Positions 15,348-16,497 of a stretch of 16,497 nucleotides of DNA are shown here, piece by piece. A program made the translations under genes and the position numbers. The DNA lies in the IMG/VR virus record IMGVR_UViG_3300029203_000022, positions 1 through 16,497 of that record, one strand, 5' to 3'. Position 1 is the first letter of the stretch. Every line of letters begins with the position of its first letter. The notes under the pieces are model-generated. The model had not been told where the DNA came from and made no database searches. It saw nothing but the letters and a program-made list of their open reading frames with translations. This stretch comes from a virus.

Positions 15348-15526
15348 ACTGTTATTAATAAACAATTTTTTTCATATGCTGATATGACTTTAATCTGACA
15401 ATTTAATAGCGTTTCCGGTATATCATCTAGCAACCCCGAATATAACCATGGACAAACCGATTGTTCGGCGAAAACTTCAACACGCATTTTAAAAGTTGTT
15501 ACTCTATATAAGTCTTGCAATGTCAT
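15341..15526 (-). CDS. Hypothetical small early protein (61 aa)
   Basis: RBS AAGAGGT is embedded in the 3' end of the upstream p6-like gene, 9 nt before the ATG. Confidence 0.55.
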   Translation of the reverse strand: MTLQDLYRVTTFKMRVEVFAEQSVCPWLYSGLLDDIPETLLNCQIKVISAYEKNCLLITVA

Positions 15527-15528
15527 AT

Positions 15529-15807
15529 TTATTTTACCTCTTTTCTGTTTTCGTCAAGTTCAACTGCATATTGTAAAAAAATATTTTCCGGTAAGCCATA
15601 CAGCTTTTCAGTAACTTCGACGTTATCAAGTTTTATAAACTTGCATGTCGGGTTCTCCTCATTGAATGACTTCTCAATTTCCTTGTCAGTCGGTGTGCCT
15701 ACTATTTCGAGTTCATCAGCTCGAACCTCATTAATCTCTAAATCAAAATAAGTGACCTCATATCTTGTGACCTTAATTGTACGTGTAACCATTTTCTGTT
15801 TTCTCAT
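15529..15807 (-). CDS. p6-like histone-like dsDNA-binding protein, paralog B
   Basis: 92 aa. MRKQKMVTRTIKVTRYEV and EKLYGLPENIFLQYAVEL parallel phi29 p6 (MQREITKTTVNV; EVYELPVEKFLEVATV) and paralog A. It shares 19 identical nt (atggttacacgtacaatta) and the RBS context aaagaaaaggaga with paralog A. Confidence 0.6.
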   Translation of the reverse strand: MRKQKMVTRTIKVTRYEVTYFDLEINEVRADELEIVGTPTDKEIEKSFNEENPTCKFIKLDNVEVTEKLYGLPENIFLQYAVELDENRKEVK

Positions 15808-15852
15808 AATGTTTTGTCTCCTTTTCTTTTTGCGTTTGTTTGATTGTTACTT

Positions 15853-15870
15853 GCTGATATTGGTATCAGC
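15853..15870. other. Perfect 7-bp stem-loop (gctgata-ttgg-tatcagc)
   Basis: Seen directly. It lies in the 5' untranslated region of p6-like paralog B. Confidence 0.6.
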
Positions 15871-15879
15871 TATACAAGG

Positions 15880-15900
15880 GAGTCGGAGTTGCACCGACTC
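15880..15900. other. GC-rich stem-loop with loop AGTTGCA
   Basis: gagtcgg (15880-15886) / ccgactc (15894-15900) forms a perfect 7-bp stem with a 7-nt loop agttgca. It starts 8 nt after the stop of ORF 15909-16229 (minus sense). No U-tract follows. Confidence 0.6.
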
Positions 15901-15908
15901 GAAAGCTT

Positions 15909-16229
15909 TTAAACTGTCCAAAACTCTTGCCTTGTTTTTGTGATATATAACTGCCCAATTAATTCGCCTAACTTATTATATACCTCAACCCCCAATGTAA
16001 ACATATTAATATTATATGATAACACTGTCAAATGTCCAAATTCATATTCAGTTGGATTATCTAAATTAAGTTCATCAAGCCATTCAAGCCAGTCATTATA
16101 GATGACTCTTTTTATTTTGCTAGGATTAGCGTAACAGTCATCTAAGGTTTTATAGTCTAAATACTCCGGCTCGTACTTTAACTTTTTCACCTCAAAAGTT
16201 TCACTATTCAATTTAATATACTGCTTCAT
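15909..16229 (-). CDS. Hypothetical early protein (106 aa), first gene inside the right end
   Basis: The ATG at 16229 (MKQYIKLNSETF...) has RBS AAAGGTG 6 nt upstream. The track's 37-codon N-terminal extension (to 16340) has no RBS and runs through the probable promoter region. Confidence 0.65.
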   Translation of the reverse strand: MKQYIKLNSETFEVKKLKYEPEYLDYKTLDDCYANPSKIKRVIYNDWLEWLDELNLDNPTEYEFGHLTVLSYNINMFTLGVEVYNKLGELIGQLYITKTRQEFWTV

Positions 16230-16327
16230 ACTATACACCTTTAGTACTCTCTTTGAGCACCCCTTTCCTTTATCTTTAAGTACATTATAACGGTCAGTTG
16301 TGAACAGCGTATGTCCAAAATATAAAC

Positions 16328-16345
16328 AAATTGTGAACATTTTAT
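16328..16345. promoter_or_regulatory. 18-bp box aaattgtgaacattttat, copy 2 (plus a 9-nt core copy ttgtgaaca at 16298-16306)
   Basis: Exact repeat of 14421-14438, lying 10 nt inside the right ITR boundary. A second core copy sits 33 nt further in. I could not define a convincing -35/-10 pair here: the TATAAT at 16284-16289 (minus strand) lacks a -35 at 16-18 nt. Confidence 0.6.
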
Positions 16346-16354
16346 ATAGTACTA

Positions 16355-16497
16355 TGGTACTAAGTTAGACACAACTAACTTCGCGCACTCACGGTACTAC
16401 GCTAACGTGCTAACGCTGTACCACTGCAACGCGTCACCACTTTACCACTGCACAGTGCATGGGGTGTACCAAAAATCTCGACTTTCGAAACGACCCC
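16355..16497. repeat. Right inverted terminal repeat (ITR), 143 nt including a 48-bp insertion
   Basis: Reverse complement of 1-95 with 5 mismatches, plus extra sequence at 16395-16442. It retains the hairpin aagttag-acacaa-ctaactt (16362-16381). Confidence 0.9.

Noticed and set aside
13417-15943. Plus-strand ORFs 13417-13668, 15515-15751 and 15752-15943
   Set aside because: They are antisense to the SSB and p6-like genes or span intergenic hairpins. They lack an RBS and have a hydrophobic low-complexity composition. No plus-strand promoter or terminator context supports them.
16230-16340. N-terminal extension of ORF 15909-16340 (MFTICLYFGHTLFTTDRY...)
   Set aside because: No RBS precedes the ATG at 16340, and the extension runs through the 18-bp box and promoter-like region. 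The internal ATG at 16229 has a good RBS. I made similar trimming decisions at 5544, 7310, 8556, 2831, 10370 and 10650.
1-16497. Terminal inverted repeats as the ends of a transposon or IS element
   Set aside because: There is no transposase or integrase. The content is a full phage virion and replication gene set with a protein-primed polymerase, for which ITRs are the replication origins.
16333-16497. An outward-reading plus-strand promoter (TTGTGA, 16 nt, TATGGT at 16333-16360) that would transcribe the right ITR as a phi29-style terminal pRNA
   Set aside because: Both hexamers are weak (4/6 each). The second copy of the box (14421-14438) has no matching -10. No terminator exists before the genome end. 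I kept it only as a remote alternative to the 9912-10026 candidate.

Overview
The window looks like a complete linear genome (16,497 bp, AT-rich, roughly 30% G+C by eye) of a small phi29-like, protein-primed podophage. The host is probably a low-GC Firmicute, but that is inference. The genome is bounded by imperfect inverted terminal repeats. These are 33 bp perfect, with extended homology of 1-95 against 16355-16497, and both 5' ends start GGGG. There are three transcription blocks. (1) A leftward late operon (8749 to 153) encodes holin, endolysin, tail lysozyme, scaffold, major capsid with a Big_2 domain, tail knob, portal/connector, lower collar and a beta-helix appendage. It ends in a rho-independent terminator next to the left ITR. 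(2) A single rightward gp16-type packaging ATPase (8871-9911) is fired from a back-to-back pair of near-consensus promoters. (3) A leftward early/replication region (16229 to 10062) carries two p6-like dsDNA-binding paralogs, a gp5-like SSB, a putative terminal protein, a family-B protein-primed DNA polymerase and about nine small ORFs of unknown function. I saw no tRNA, rRNA, CRISPR, integrase or lysogeny genes. Four signals remain unexplained. A ~115-nt plus-strand sequence between the ATPase stop and a strong terminator can close into a 15-bp helix, which gives it a pRNA-like position and architecture, but this is unproven. The early module (18-bp box, small ORF, p6-like gene) appears twice. 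GC-rich stem-loops have different stems but a conserved A(C/G)TTGCA loop. The right ITR carries a 48-bp insertion built from short repeats. All homology statements rest on motifs I recognise from memory of phi29 proteins, not on database searches.
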